In this document: positions 40,146 to 53,639 of the stretch, piece after piece | Position numbering within the stretch: position 1 is the stretch's first letter | Layout: each line of letters starts with the position of its first letter | Assembly: GCF_006345805.1 (NCBI RefSeq) | Contig: NC_043006.1 | Span: forward strand, 15,624,001 to 15,688,000 | Direction: 5' to 3' | Source: Octopus sinensis | Taxonomy: Eukaryota | DNA: 64,000 nt | The notes under the pieces: model-generated | What the model saw: only the letters and a program-made list of their open reading frames with translations | Database searches by the model: none | What the model was told of the DNA's origin: nothing | Program-made: the position numbers and the translations under genes

Positions 40146-40370
40146 TAATTTTTTTACGAATAGCCTGTTTATCACTTACGCGGAAGCCTATGACCGTTGT
40201 CTTGGCAGAAAGTTATATAAGCATTTGGAAAGTAACAGTCTACTTCCAGCAGAACAGAACGGATGCAAGAAGCAAAGTAGGGCAACAGAAGACAACCTAT
40301 TAATTGGCGAAATGATAATTAGGAAGTGTAGATGCAGACTCACGGGATCAAATGTAGCATGGCTGGATTT

Positions 40371-40647
40371 TTTTTCTCGCCCTTTTCAAGCCCAGCCAGG
40401 CTCATGGGCCCGGTTTCCCGGTTTCTGTGGTGTATGTGTTCCCCACAGCTGGACGGGACGCCAGTCCATCGCAGCGTTACCCAAGAAACAGGAAGAAAGA
40501 GTGAGAGAAAGTTGGGGCGAGAGAGTACAACAGGGGTCGCCACCACTCACTGCCGGAGCGTCGTGAAGCTTTAGGTGTTTTTGTTCAATAAAAACACACA
40601 ACGCCCGATCTGGGAATCGAAACCACGATCCTCTGACCGCGTGTGCG
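40371..40647 (-). mobile_element. SINE family C
   Basis: 14-bp TSD GCATGG(C/G)TGGATTT at 40357-40370 and 40648-40661, duplicating the RT AWxDF codons. Confidence 0.92.
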
Positions 40648-41313
40648 GCATGGGTGGATTTCAGAAAAGTATATGACATAAGTAAAACAATGAACATGTT
40701 TGGAGTGGCAGAAAATATGGTTTTGACCAGAGAACATCTAATTGTTAAAGCCTAGGATGACGTTAGGAGCTAATTTTTGAGAAGGTACAAGGTGTTATTG
40801 CAAAGTAGTTTGGAGATAGGGTTTCGAATTCACAGGCAATCCGTTCCTTAAATATTTGATTTATGTCTATTGTTTCAAGTCGATTTTCGAGAATAAATTG
40901 AGTTGTTTTTTTTTTCATGTTGTGGGTTGTTATTGTGTATTTAGTGGTTGATATCTTTTAATAAACATATTTTCTTTATCCAATCGGAATTGGGCTGAAG
41001 TGCTTCCTGTGCATTGATTTAGAGGGAAAATTTGGTATTTTGGATATTGGCTTGCGAGACAAAGATATAAGTGATTAATTACGGGAATTTTCCAACTTGT
41101 TCTTATGTTAATTTCTCCGGTCGAACTCTGCATCCGATTTAAACGTCGTACTCCCTTACTTGTAGAAGCAGAGTACTGTATGGAGTAATGAACTGAACTA
41201 TGGATGCATATTTGATATACAAAACGAATGATCATTTGTAAGATTAATCCCTGTTAGCATCATAATATTAGTATATGTATATGCCTGTATATATGTATGT
41301 ATGTACATATATA

Positions 41314-41349
<36 letters not shown>

Positions 41350-41376
41350 TGTATGTATGTATGTATGTATGTGTAC

Positions 41377-41413
<37 letters not shown>

Positions 41414-41424
41414 TGAATTCAATT

Positions 41425-41712
41425 CTTCACGACTACAATGCTCCCTTTCACTGAGCTCTCCTCACTCGTGAATTTCTCGCCAAAAAACTACATGGTATCG
41501 CATCCGCGACCCGGCCTATTCGTCAGATTTAGTGCCTGGGGACTTCCATCTTTTAGCCAAGGTGAAAATGCGGTTTAAACGTCTCCGTTTTAACACAGTT
41601 GTAGAGATCAAGAGCGAATCTCAGAAGGTACTCGACGCGCTTACTTAAAACGATTTCCAGGCCCGATGCCAAAAGAGGCAGAAACGCTGGGACCGGTGTA
41701 TTGCTGCTGCGA
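41425..41712 (+). pseudogene. mariner (DD34D-type) transposase C-terminal fragment
   Basis: HD.NAPFH*ALLTREFLAK...PAYSSDLVPGDFHL...RWDRCIAA, with frameshifts. Confidence 0.85.
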
Positions 41713-41843
41713 AGCAGATGATGTTAACATCATCTCGAAGCAGATGATGTTAACACTTATGTAAATAAATTATTTTATATTAAACATAACTTCTGGAAAT
41801 TTTTGATATCAGCACGTATGTTTGTATGGCTGTGTGTGTGTGA

Positions 41844-41877
<34 letters not shown>

Positions 41878-42410
41878 ATTATGCGGGTGTCTGTGTAGGT
41901 GGGTGGGTGTATGTGTCTGTGCGTGTGTGTGTGTGTGTGTGTGTTTGTGTGTAGTACAATACACTTTCTGAAAATGGCACAAAGTGGTACTAAATTCGGC
42001 ATTAAGTGGTTGGGAAGCAAATTTCTTGCCACTCAGCTACGATCAAGCCGGGTTGTGTGGTAAAACTACCTCAAAGTATGGTAATAATTCCCTCAATGTA
42101 GTGAAATGAAGTCACAAGAGAGAAGAAAGGAGAAGGGTCTTGGAGGAAAAATAAGATCGAACGACGTTCATCTTGCTCATTTTGCTCCAAATTCATACCC
42201 ATTTTCAAGCTAAAGATTTTTTTCATAGAGATCTTAGCCAGATTGTCAATTTACAATTATCAGGCCACGAGGAGAGAATATGGTGCAGACCAAATGGTTT
42301 TTAATGTCGAAATATATTAGAAGTATAACTCGCTCTATTACTTTCTCTGTCTGTTTTTCAGTCTACCTTCTTATCTGTCTGTCTGTCTGTCCCTCTATCT
42401 CTCTTCCTCC

Positions 42411-42447
<37 letters not shown>

Positions 42448-43405
42448 CACACACACAAACATACATACACAAAAATACACATGTATACATGCATACACAC
42501 AAATGCACATGTGCCACACTTCAGAAACACTGAAATGTATATACTGGCATCGATGTAGCAACATTTGAAATATTGTCCAGGTAGATATATATGTGTGTAT
42601 GTGTGTGTGTATATATATATATGTATACATACACACACACACACACACAAATATATATACGCGCGTGTGTATGTGAGTTGACCGAAGTGTTATGTCGTTC
42701 CATTAACAAGCAGAAAGGCATTTTGCAAAAGATTTTCCGTCGAATGATTTTCTGTTACAGTATATTCGTTAGAACTTTAACACGAAATTCTGGTATTCTT
42801 AGTCTCTAACGATTTGGCCATTTTCTTATCTCACAATATTAATGCTTCTTTCTTACATCTGACGAAGAGGTAACGCCCAAAGCGTTAACACACTTTCTTT
42901 CCAGTAAAATGTTAATCTAATATGCTATTTAATTTTTTTCTTGTTTTGTAATCTATATTGTCATTGTATTTATATTCTATGAATGTACGTATGTATCTAT
43001 GATTGTAGGTAGTTATGTATGCAAGTATATATGTATATATGTATGTATGCATGCATGCATAAATGTGTGTACGTATGTATGTGTATGCATGTAAATAGAT
43101 ATGTATGATTGCATGCATATATGTATGCATGCTTGCATGTATGCATGTATGTATGTATCTACCTATCTATCTATCTGTCTATCTATATAGCTCTTCCTCA
43201 TTATCTCTCTCTTCCTTTATCTCTCTCTCCATCTTTCTCTCTTTCTTGATAAAGGTATTGATAATTACCTGATGTTTGCACTAGATGAAATTATCAATAC
43301 GCTGAATACGGCTAATAGCTATGTCGAGATAGCCCGGTAAACAGTTGGTGTAAACACACTCACATACTTACACATGCACGCATGTATGTATATATGAATG
43401 AATGC

Positions 43406-43466
<61 letters not shown>

Positions 43467-43522
43467 GCTATATATATATATATACATAGCTAGCTACCTA
43501 TATATATATATATACATATATA

Positions 43523-43979
43523 TATTATATTAAATTAGAGATAAAACCACTATTAGGCAAATCATACAATGAAAAACTTAAGCCAATACATAAGATTATT
43601 TCATTTATATTATTTAAATATATAACAAAATTATCAAAAAAATATAATTAATATAACACTACGATCGTTTCATGGCTGTTAATTTCTTTAAATTTTCGAG
43701 TTACAGACATTCATCGGGTGGTTTAAATATTTAACTTGGCGAGGTTTAATCAATAAACCTCGCCAAGTTAAATATTTAAACCACCTGATGAATGACTGTA
43801 ACTCGAAAATTTAAAGAAATTAACAGCCATGAAACGATCGTAGTGTTATATTAATTATATTTTTTTAATAATTTTGTTATATATTTAAATAATATAAATG
43901 AAATAATCTTATGTATTGGTTTAAGTTTTTCATTGTATGATTTGCCTAATAGTGGTTTTATCTCTAATTTAATATAATA
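43523..43979. repeat. Near-perfect palindrome, 226-bp arms and a 5-bp spacer
   Basis: Arms at 43523-43748 and 43754-43979, spacer ATCAA. Confidence 0.95.
43779..43847 (+). ncRNA. Minimal type I hammerhead ribozyme
   Basis: CAC-CTGATGA-ATGACTGT...ACAGCCAT-GAAAC-GATC-GTA-GTG: intact core, 7/8-bp stem II, palindromic loop 3 and a short stem I. Confidence 0.7.
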
Positions 43980-44240
43980 TAATATTTTACTATAAAATTG
44001 GATTCAATCCTAAATCTGATTTTTCCCTGTAAGTTTGGATTTATTCCCTAATATTTATTATACATATATATATATATATATACATTTACACACAAACACA
44101 CACATATATATATGTGTGTATGTATATATTATATATGTATGTATATGTGTGTCTATCTATCTGCATGCAGGCATGTAAGTAATTTAGTTATTATTACATA
44201 TAATCATAAGAATTATCTTTACATGCTTCAAGCTTCGAAA

Positions 44241-44516
44241 CAATTTATCGTGGTATTTGAAATGTTTTTATTGTTAAAACAAATTTTCATCATACCATTT
44301 CTCTGTCTCTAAATATCATGGAAGTCATTTATCCTCAGCCGACTGGACTACTGCTCTCAGTTATGGTCACCTTATACTACAAGGCTGATAGCAGAGCTTG
44401 AAGCAGTCCAACGACATTACGCAAAGAAAATTGCATCGATGGAACGACTGAGCTACTGAGACAAATTGAAAGCGCTACGACTCTATTTCATGGAACTAAG
44501 GCGGGAGAGGTATGCA

Positions 44517-44552
<36 letters not shown>

Positions 44553-44557
44553 TGTAC

Positions 44558-44615
<58 letters not shown>

Positions 44616-44626
44616 TATATGATATG

Positions 44627-44688
<62 letters not shown>

Positions 44689-44923
44689 ATATATATATAA
44701 GATACTTGAAGAACTAGTACCAAACATGACTTGACCTCTGGTTCAGTGAGATCCCGGATGAGCCAATATATAGGCAGGCAACTCAAAAGAAGGCGTAACA
44801 TCGACTCATCGTCACCAAAAGCCACTCCCGACAAAGTGGAGAGTGGAAAGATGATCACAACGGAGGTGCTCCAGCACAGCCACAGTCATTTGACTGAAAC
44901 ATATAAAAGAATAACAGAATGTA
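44241..44923. repeat. Left arm of an inverted duplication (partner at 46395-46935)
   Basis: Mosaic of unique sequence, a LINE C-terminal fragment (RLDYCSQLWSPY...[17 protein letters not shown]), an inverted LINE piece and a SINE A tail. Confidence 0.92.
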
Positions 44924-44963
44924 TATATATATATATATATACATACATACATATATATTTATA

Positions 44964-45001
<38 letters not shown>

Positions 45002-45025
45002 CATATATTATATATTATATATATA

Positions 45026-45068
<43 letters not shown>

Positions 45069-45117
45069 CGTGTGTGTGTGTATGCATGTATGTACGTATA
45101 TATTATTATTTATATCT

Positions 45118-45164
<47 letters not shown>

Positions 45165-45166
<2 letters not shown>

Positions 45167-46325
45167 CTGCTGCAGTGGATCAAGTGCTTCCTGTCTAACA
45201 GAACCCAACATGTGTATCGAAGGAGTCAAATCCAGCCCAGCCAAAGTCAGCAGTGGTGTCCCACAAGGCACTGTGTTGGACCCACTTCTCTTCATCATCT
45301 ACATAAATGATATTACTGACACCATCAAACACAGTAACATCAGAACCTTCGCTGATGATTCCAAGCTCCAGAAGGTCATCAATGGCGTGGATGACCGAAT
45401 AAACCTTCTGTCAGACCTACTGGCTGTTGTCCAATGGGCGGAAAAGAATAACATGTTGCTAAATGAAGACAAATTCGAACTGATCCACTTTGGAAGGGAG
45501 GACGCTCTGAAACTCCCATACTCTCTTCCTTCTGGAGAAATTCTCATGGCATCCAACAACATCAGAGACTTGGGAGTAAACAGTGGACAACAACATAAGC
45601 TGGGCTACACATATAAGCAGCAAGTTGACATGGCCCGCAGAATGTGTTCCTGGATTCTCAGAACCTTCCAGTCGAGAGATTCCCACGCTATTATCCTTCT
45701 CTTCTCCACTTTTGCCCGACCCCACCTTGAATACTGCTGTCCACTGTGGTCTCCCTACACAAAACAAAATATTATGACAATTGAAGCTCCCCAAAGGTCA
45801 ATGACAAAAAGGTAGATGGCATGTCAGACCTTGACTACTGGGGTAGACTAGAGAAGCTGAAATTGTATTCACTCCAACGACGCCGTGAACGCTACATTAT
45901 CTGTATGATGTGGAAAATATTCCATCAGCACTGTCCGAATGATGTTGGCATCACCTTCAAAATACATCCAAGGCTTGGACCACGTGCCATCCGTCCACAA
46001 CAAAATCTAAATCGCATCACATAACGACAATACGGCACAACTATTTCACCTCAATTGGACCCGCTCTCTTCAACATTACACCAGGACACGTCAAAAAAGA
46101 AACTGACCACACACAAAATCAAGAAGTCTTTGGACAAATTCCTTCAAACAGTACCGGACAAACCACCCACACAACCGGATATGTCTCCGCAAACAATAAC
46201 TCTCTGCTCGAATGGCCTTGGTGCCCAAATCCTGAACTGAAAGACTTCGCCAGGTGGTGCTATTAAGTTAGACATGGCCTGGGCCAATACTGGCCCAAAC
46301 CTTTCTAAGTTATTCTAAGTTATTA
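45165..46325 (+). mobile_element. 5'-truncated CR1/L2-like LINE (RT to 3' end)
   Basis: [30 protein letters not shown] and LKLYSLQRRRER with frameshifts. Tandem TTCTAAGTTA tail. Confidence 0.92.
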
Positions 46326-46394
46326 TATATAATATGTATATATATATATAAATATATAAATATATATGTATGTATGTATATATATATATATATA

Positions 46395-46622
46395 TACATT
46401 CTGTTATTCTTTTATATGTTTCAGACAAATGACTGTGGCTATGCTGGAGCACCTCCGTTGTGATCATCTTTCCACTCTCCACTTTTGTCGGAGTGGCTTT
46501 TGGTGACGGATTGAGTTCGATGTTACTGCCTTCTTTTGAGTTGCCTGCCTATATATTGGCTCATCCGGGATCTCACTGAACCAGAGGTCAAGTTCATGTT
46601 TGGTACCAGTTCTTCAAGTATC

Positions 46623-46660
<38 letters not shown>

Positions 46661-46935
46661 GCATACCCCTCCCGCCTTCGTTCCATGAAATAGAGCCGTA
46701 GCTCTTTCAATCTGTCTCAGTAGCTCAGTCGTTCCATTGATGCAATTTTCTTTGCGTAATGTCGTTGGACTGCTTCAAGCTCTGCTATCATCCTTGTAGT
46801 ATAAGGTGACCATAGCTGAGAGTAGTAGTCCAGTCGGCTGAGGATAAATGACTTCCACAATATTTAGAGACAGAGAAATGGTATGATGAAAATTTGTTTT
46901 AACAATAAAAAATATTTCAATACCACGATAAATTG
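46395..46935. repeat. Right arm of the inverted duplication
   Basis: Reverse complement of 44241-44923. About 10 differences in a ~185-bp segment compared by hand. The internal (TA)n is much shorter. Confidence 0.92.
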
Positions 46936-47406
46936 ATATTATATATTATATATATATAATATATATATATATAATATATATATATATATCTATATATATA
47001 TATATATATAACATTGTATATTGATATATATATATATATTATTATATATATTATATACATTTGTATGTATGTATGTATACAAATAGACATGCACTGGGTG
47101 TTCTATATATATGTACATATATATATATATATAGACTGTATATATATATTACATATATTATATTATATATAAATATCTGTACATATATATATATATATAA
47201 TATATATATAATATAAATATTATATATATATATATATACATATATATAATACGTTTAAATATTTGTTGTGCAAGATTTTTATGTGAAGTCGTGTGTTGAA
47301 ACAGATATTGTTATATTTCGGAATGGTCACTGAAGCAAAATAACACCAAATATATAGTGCGTTGTTTTTAATTGGCTAAACTGGCAATATGACCATTCCG
47401 AAATAT

Positions 47407-47459
<53 letters not shown>

Positions 47460-47635
47460 ATACACACCGTATATATCCAACTATATATATATTCATATAT
47501 ATATATATATATATCACAATCAAGACGACGGCCCTAATAGGCCATTCACCCTAGAATAACAGCCAAAGCTTCAACCGCAAAATACATTAATTCCGCAAAC
47601 CAGGAATAAAATTAAAAAAAACATTTACCCTGTAA

Positions 47636-47739
47636 TTTCTTATACGATTCACCGTTTCATCTATTGTTTAATGGTAAACTAACCTGATTAAATTAAATCA
47701 AGCCAATCTCCATAGGCCGATAGATTCGTCAGTAAGAAA
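47636..47739 (-). ncRNA. Type I hammerhead ribozyme, complete core
   Basis: TTTCTTA-CTGACGA-ATCTA..(57 nt)..TAGAT-GAAAC-G gtgaat C-GTA-TAAGAAA: 7-bp stem I, 5-bp stem II, 3-bp stem III and a GUA site. Confidence 0.88.
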
Positions 47740-48223
47740 CACAGCCAGATCGGAACAGATATTTTCACGAGGCCACTTCTATCCCTGCCTCGGCAATATC
47801 CTGACCTAAAATTTTCAAAATCATCGCACTCGCGCCAAATTTATCGGCAGCAAATTAAATATAAGCCGGCCGATTCCATTACGGAATTAACCAGAAATCA
47901 TAATTAATCAATATAGGGTGGCAAAAAAAATTACCCTAAATTATATAAATGGTTTAAATGGCTAGGCTTAATTTATTTAATTCCCAATTACAAATTCGAG
48001 GCAAAAACCGTTAAAAATTTTATGGTTCTTAGACGAATCTAATTGCAAGATATTAATTTTATTTTCATTATCCATTATATAATATATATAGATATAAGAT
48101 ATTATATAAATTATAATAGGCATTTGTACTACATCTATAAATCACAAATAGGCCCGATGTATGGTTAGGTCTATGTAATCCTATGATTCTACATATATTA
48201 TTTTGTACTATATCTATATACAT

Positions 48224-48261
<38 letters not shown>

Positions 48262-49206
48262 TATCATATAATATAATATAGAGTAATGTATTTAATACAT
48301 ATATTACACAATAGGCATGCTCTGGCTGTTATGTCTATCAGTTCCTGCTACTGTATTATAGTTGCTCTTGTTATATTTTTTGTACTTACATACATAAATA
48401 CAACATACATACATACATACATACATACATACATACATACATACATACATACATAGAGTAATGAAAAAATTACTAATAAAGTTATATATTGACAGACAGC
48501 GGGGTACTGGAGTTAATTGTACGAGAAAATTCTCATATTTAGTTACAGGTAAACAAAAATATAAAATGAATGAACTTTAATGCATGAATGATAGCTACGA
48601 GAAAGCCTCCTGGAGAGATAAGTATGGTGATCGAAGAATTAAGAAGAATATTTGTATATTTTAGCAAATATGTTTTACTTCATAGATATTCTACAGTTTC
48701 AGTTACAACGCGAATATTAGAAATGAAGTAGTTCGCTCTGCAATACATTTAAGATGTTATCTTTATCATTGCCAAACATATATCCTTTATCTTTCTCTGT
48801 TGCCAAATCTACTCCCTGTTCCCCATCAATAATTTTCTCATCGAACTTATTGCTGAAAAAACGTCGATTTATTATATGTCAATAAATAAATAAAACGATA
48901 AGAGCTGCATTAAAAAAAAAAATCCGAATTATGAACAGTAGCATATATTTACCTAATTGTATATCGGGCTTAAGTTGATATATGGTACAGTATTTTTATG
49001 AGAAAGAACCTTTTAACTGGCGCGCATTTTCGCTTTGGAATATATTGTTTTTCTAATGGAATACATATAATATATTATTATATATTATTTCTGATGGGGG
49101 ACGAAATGAATCTTTTGTCGCTGTGGAGTTTTGTGTCGAAATGATTTATAAATGTAATATTGCGCATAATTATATATATATACATCCATGCACACACACA
49201 CACACA

Positions 49207-49247
<41 letters not shown>

Positions 49248-49375
49248 ACACACACACACACATATCCATGTGTATTTGTGAATGTGTGAATAAACAGGGA
49301 GATACATACATATATCTATGTATATATATATATATATATATATATAGATAGATAGATAGATAGATAAATAGATAT

Positions 49376-49447
<72 letters not shown>

Positions 49448-49672
49448 ACCCACGAACACACACTTAAGTATATATTTATTGAGCAATGTTATCACATTCA
49501 CCACTGATAACTGTTAGAAAACTTCTCTATAAATACTATAAAATTTCATGGGAACAAATTAATTTACGGCGACTTTTCTGTAAAACATTTAAAAGAGTTG
49601 ATACATATTATATTTTGTTATAAAGCTTTCCTTCTTGTTTGTGTATATACAGAAAGAGAGAGACAGAGAGAC

Positions 49673-49703
<31 letters not shown>

Positions 49704-51052
49704 TGGCATATATTCTTTCATCTCAGGATATCTTTTATTGCAGAAGATAATTCTATGTTATTTTTTAATTTCATACTTTCTTTCAATTTCTTATTATTTT
49801 CAAAATGATGTGAATGTTTACGACTTCTCTTTGTTTCAGAGAAAAATAATGCCGCAAAATATACCACATCATATGAACAGATTTCATAGGAATTAGAATT
49901 ATTCATTATAACAACGCTTAACGTACCCGTACAAAAAGTCTATTTCCTATATAGATTATTTAAATATCACACATCATGTGTTCGAGAACATGTTCACATG
50001 CACAACTAGTCGTACTTTCTAACATATATACACACGATTTCATGCAATATATTTTAATTCTACACTAAAAATAAGAGGTATAAATACTGGATTTCTATAA
50101 CTTCTCGGTTATAAAGACTTGATCTTTGGTTTCAAGGATAAGCCACTATTATCATTATTGTTAAAGCGGCGAGATGGCAGAATCATTAACATGCCGGACA
50201 AAATACATTGCGTCATTTCGTCCGTCTTTTCATTAAACTCAAATCTGGCTGAGGTCGACTATACCTTTCCATCCTTTAAGGGACGAAAAAATAAGTACCA
50301 GCTCTTAGGTCAATGTAGTAGACTAAAGCCCTCCCCACAAATTTCAGGTCTCGAGCCTGAAATAGAAAGATTGCTGTTAAAAGATTTATAGATAGATTAC
50401 TGTTAATAATATTATTATCTTTATTATTGCTGTCATTGTAGCTGTTGTATTTTATTCTTAATTTTTATTTGTTTTTGCAACAACTTACAACACTCAACAG
50501 AAGGACTTCGCCTTTCTCCATTTATGAAAGGTTGAGCACTCATCGTCAACTTGCTCGAGAATTTACCTTGGTATCTTCGACTCTTTCTATCTTTAGTGGC
50601 TCTTATGACAAGCAAGTTTTCTATAGAAATCAATTAACAAATCATCACTGAAACCATTGATCGATAGATTCATCCGATACACCACGTTACGTTTAAGATT
50701 AATTGTAAAATGATTATTAAGTGACATTGATTTTTGTATGCAATTAAACTCTTATAAGTTGCCGAAAGGTGAGTAATTAATGATTAACTACAAAAGAACA
50801 GACAAGGTTTTAAATACAGCTCACGTAAAATGTTTTAAATGCAGCTTACAAGATTCAGTTTTCTCATAGCGTATCTCAGACATATATAAGTAGTAGACGC
50901 GCGCACAAACATATAAACACATTTACATATGCTATAATATGTACTAGTACACGTATTGCCATTGCCACATACGCATACGTATGTCACCATATATATATGT
51001 ATATACATATACGTATGCATATGCATATATATATACATATATATATATTATA

Positions 51053-51120
<68 letters not shown>

Positions 51121-51685
51121 GTTATATATGTGTATAGGTATATATATCTTTGTAAAAAAGAAGTTTGAAAATGCCACTATATTAGATAAAATTTTAAATT
51201 TACATGTTTCGGTTCTTGAAGTAACGAACTTTATCAAAAAGAATTTTTTTATAATAAAGATTATAATGGAATAGTTCATAATTGTTTCATACATTCAATA
51301 GAGTCCATGCTATATACATAAAAAGTATAATGGAACAGTTCATAATTGTTACATACATTCAATAGAGTCCATGCTATATACATTCAATAGAATCCATGTT
51401 TCTTGAAAAGGCGAAAATATATATTATAAGGTGTAAGTCGTTCCGTACTGATTTGTCAAGGTAGTGCAGGAGATCATTATATATTTTACCTTGGTGTCCC
51501 GATGGAGCAACTGTAGTGATTCCTGGTTGTCGTAATTTTGGTCAACTTGTGATTGTTGGGTTTATATCAGTTAAGTCAGTAGTAGCTGTGGTCTCTGGCA
51601 CTGTTCACTGACGTCATATAATTCCAAACCAATCAAACCAAGCTTCAACGATTATAAGGAAAAGACCCCCAACTGTATCCTGTTT

Positions 51686-52215
51686 AGGAAACCAGCCAAG
51701 CAGAACGACAAGTTTGACCACGGAAGAAAAACGTCATCAATTTTTTAGCGAATCAAAATTAGATCTGACCCATAATTGTATCCTGTTAGGTGGCTAGTTT
51801 GACCACGGAAGAAAAACGTCATCAATTTTTTAGCGAATCAAAGTCAGATCTGACCCTTAATTATTTAGGAAACCAGCCAAGCAGAACGACAAGTTTGACC
51901 ACGGAAGAAAAACGTCATCAATTTTTTAGCGAATCAAAATTAGATCTGACCCATAATTGTATCCTGTTAGGTGGCTAGTTTGACCACGGAAGAAAATCGT
52001 CATCAATTTTTTAGCGAATCAAAGTCAGATCTGACCCATAATTGTATCCTGGTTAGTTTGACCACGGAAGAAAAACATCATCAATTTTTTAACGAATCCG
52101 AATTAGACCTGACCCATAACTGTATCTTGTAGGGAAACCAATCAAGCATGGCGACAAGTTTGACTACTGAGGTAAAACGTCATCAATTTTTTGACTAATC
52201 AAAATCAGATCTGTT
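51686..52215. repeat. Minisatellite, six ~65-70-bp cores with a 181-bp higher-order period
   Basis: Core AGTTTGACCACGGAAGAAAAACGTCATCAATTTTTTAGCGAATCAAA..AGATCTG at 51711, 51796, 51892, 51977, 52055 and 52157. Confidence 0.92.
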
Positions 52216-52858
52216 CGCAGAGAAAAAAATTCTTTTTATAAATTTTTCCTTCCCTAAGACATACCACTGCCAGCGGGAGTGACTGTTTAAGGATCTGAGA
52301 AATTGTAATTGCCCCCACCTCCACTATTTTAATTCTCTCACTGTAGCCGTAGTAACAGTGACCACGGTGGTTGTAGTAGTGGTAGTGTTAGTGGGAGCAG
52401 TCGTAGTTCTATGCTCGGTGAAAGAAGAGTTTGACGTTTCGAGCATTGCTCTTCGTTGGAAGGAGGGAGAGAACAGTCCAGAAATAAAAGATATATTGCC
52501 ATCGGCACTCGTGTAGTTACATTCTTTCATATCTCTCAAAGTTTCTAAATACGTGATGAAGACAACATATACATGTAATGTTTACATCAAGAATTTTGAA
52601 ACATTAAGATATATATATGCATCCCTACCCCCACCATCACCTCAGCCCACGCTCCGCCCTTGCTTTCCCCATTCTCGCCTCCTCTACACCCCACACCACC
52701 ACCACACCACACCACACATCACCATACTACACCACATCACTCCATATCACACCACCTTGCAGACACTGACCACGTCCTAGCTTTCCCTCTGTCCGGTATT
52801 CGCCATGATAGATCGCTAGGCACTAAACCTTTTTATTTTCTCTCCCTGTTTCTGTGTT

Positions 52859-52895
52859 CCTTTCTGTCGAAGAGCGTAGGCTCGAAACGTAAAGA
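52859..52895 (+). other. Degenerate hammerhead-like motif at the start of a PLE-type terminal repeat
   Basis: CTGTCGA-A-GAGC gtag GCTC-GAAAC-GTA, with A6 substituted. A related decayed copy lies on the minus strand at 52430-52462. Confidence 0.35.
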
Positions 52896-52985
52896 AGACT
52901 TTCTGACTTCCCGAGCATGAAACTAATGCATCTGTTTGTTGTTTACACACCCGTCTTTGTCTTTTGTCTTATTGTAAATTCTCAC

Positions 52986-53016
<31 letters not shown>

Positions 53017-53047
53017 ACGCACACACACACACACACACACACACCAC

Positions 53048-53092
<45 letters not shown>

Positions 53093-53639
53093 ATATTAAT
53101 ACACAATTGCAGCGTGGAAGGTGTTTATAAGCCATTTAAGAAACACACAAAGCCGTTAGATTCAGTTCAACATTTAAATTTAATTTGCCAAAATATTTTC
53201 GTCGCTAGTGTTATGACAGAGACTTAGAATGTTGGGGAGAAAAGGAGGAATGATGTATCCTTTTTGTAGGATTTCAAATACATAGCATCTAGCTGTGATG
53301 TAATGTATATACGGGTTCGAGTGAGGCTTAGTATTCCTGTCACTCTCTAGTTCTTGTGACCCTTATATTGAACCAGACGGATCACAGAGCTGAGAAACAT
53401 GTATATTATCTAAATAAACAAGGAATAGGGCAGAATATTTCTGCTCTTGACTCACTGAGAAGACAGCATCAGTTGTATTTATTCTCACCATAAAAACAAA
53501 AATCACGTCTACATTAATTTTCTCTTTCTAAGCAAATGAGATGTAATTCGTTTTGTAACCTTCATAACTTGCCCCAACAGTTTAACACCTCAAGCATTCT
53601 TCCTTTAATACATTACCTTTGCCTTTTATAGCAGTTGAA

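Larger units (their letters stand above)
39765..40735 (+). pseudogene. R4/Dong-like reverse transcriptase fragment interrupted by two SINEs
   Basis: GPQGVQVHWLKNFTQLHERL...KLYKHLESNSLLPAEQNGCKKQSRATEDNLLI...AW(L/V)DFRKVYD. Confidence 0.8.

Noticed and set aside
49840-49889. Terminal-exon candidate EKNNAAKYTTSYEQIS*
   Set aside because: Only an acceptor and 16 codons, with no homology I can recognise.
51480-51620. Minus-strand Thr/Pro-rich mucin-like frame ending at a CAAG|GTAAAA donor
   Set aside because: It contains an in-frame TGA and has no clear acceptor.
51686-52215. CRISPR-like repeat/spacer appearance
   Set aside because: The linkers recur instead of being unique, the cores are too long, there are no cas genes, and the context is eukaryotic.
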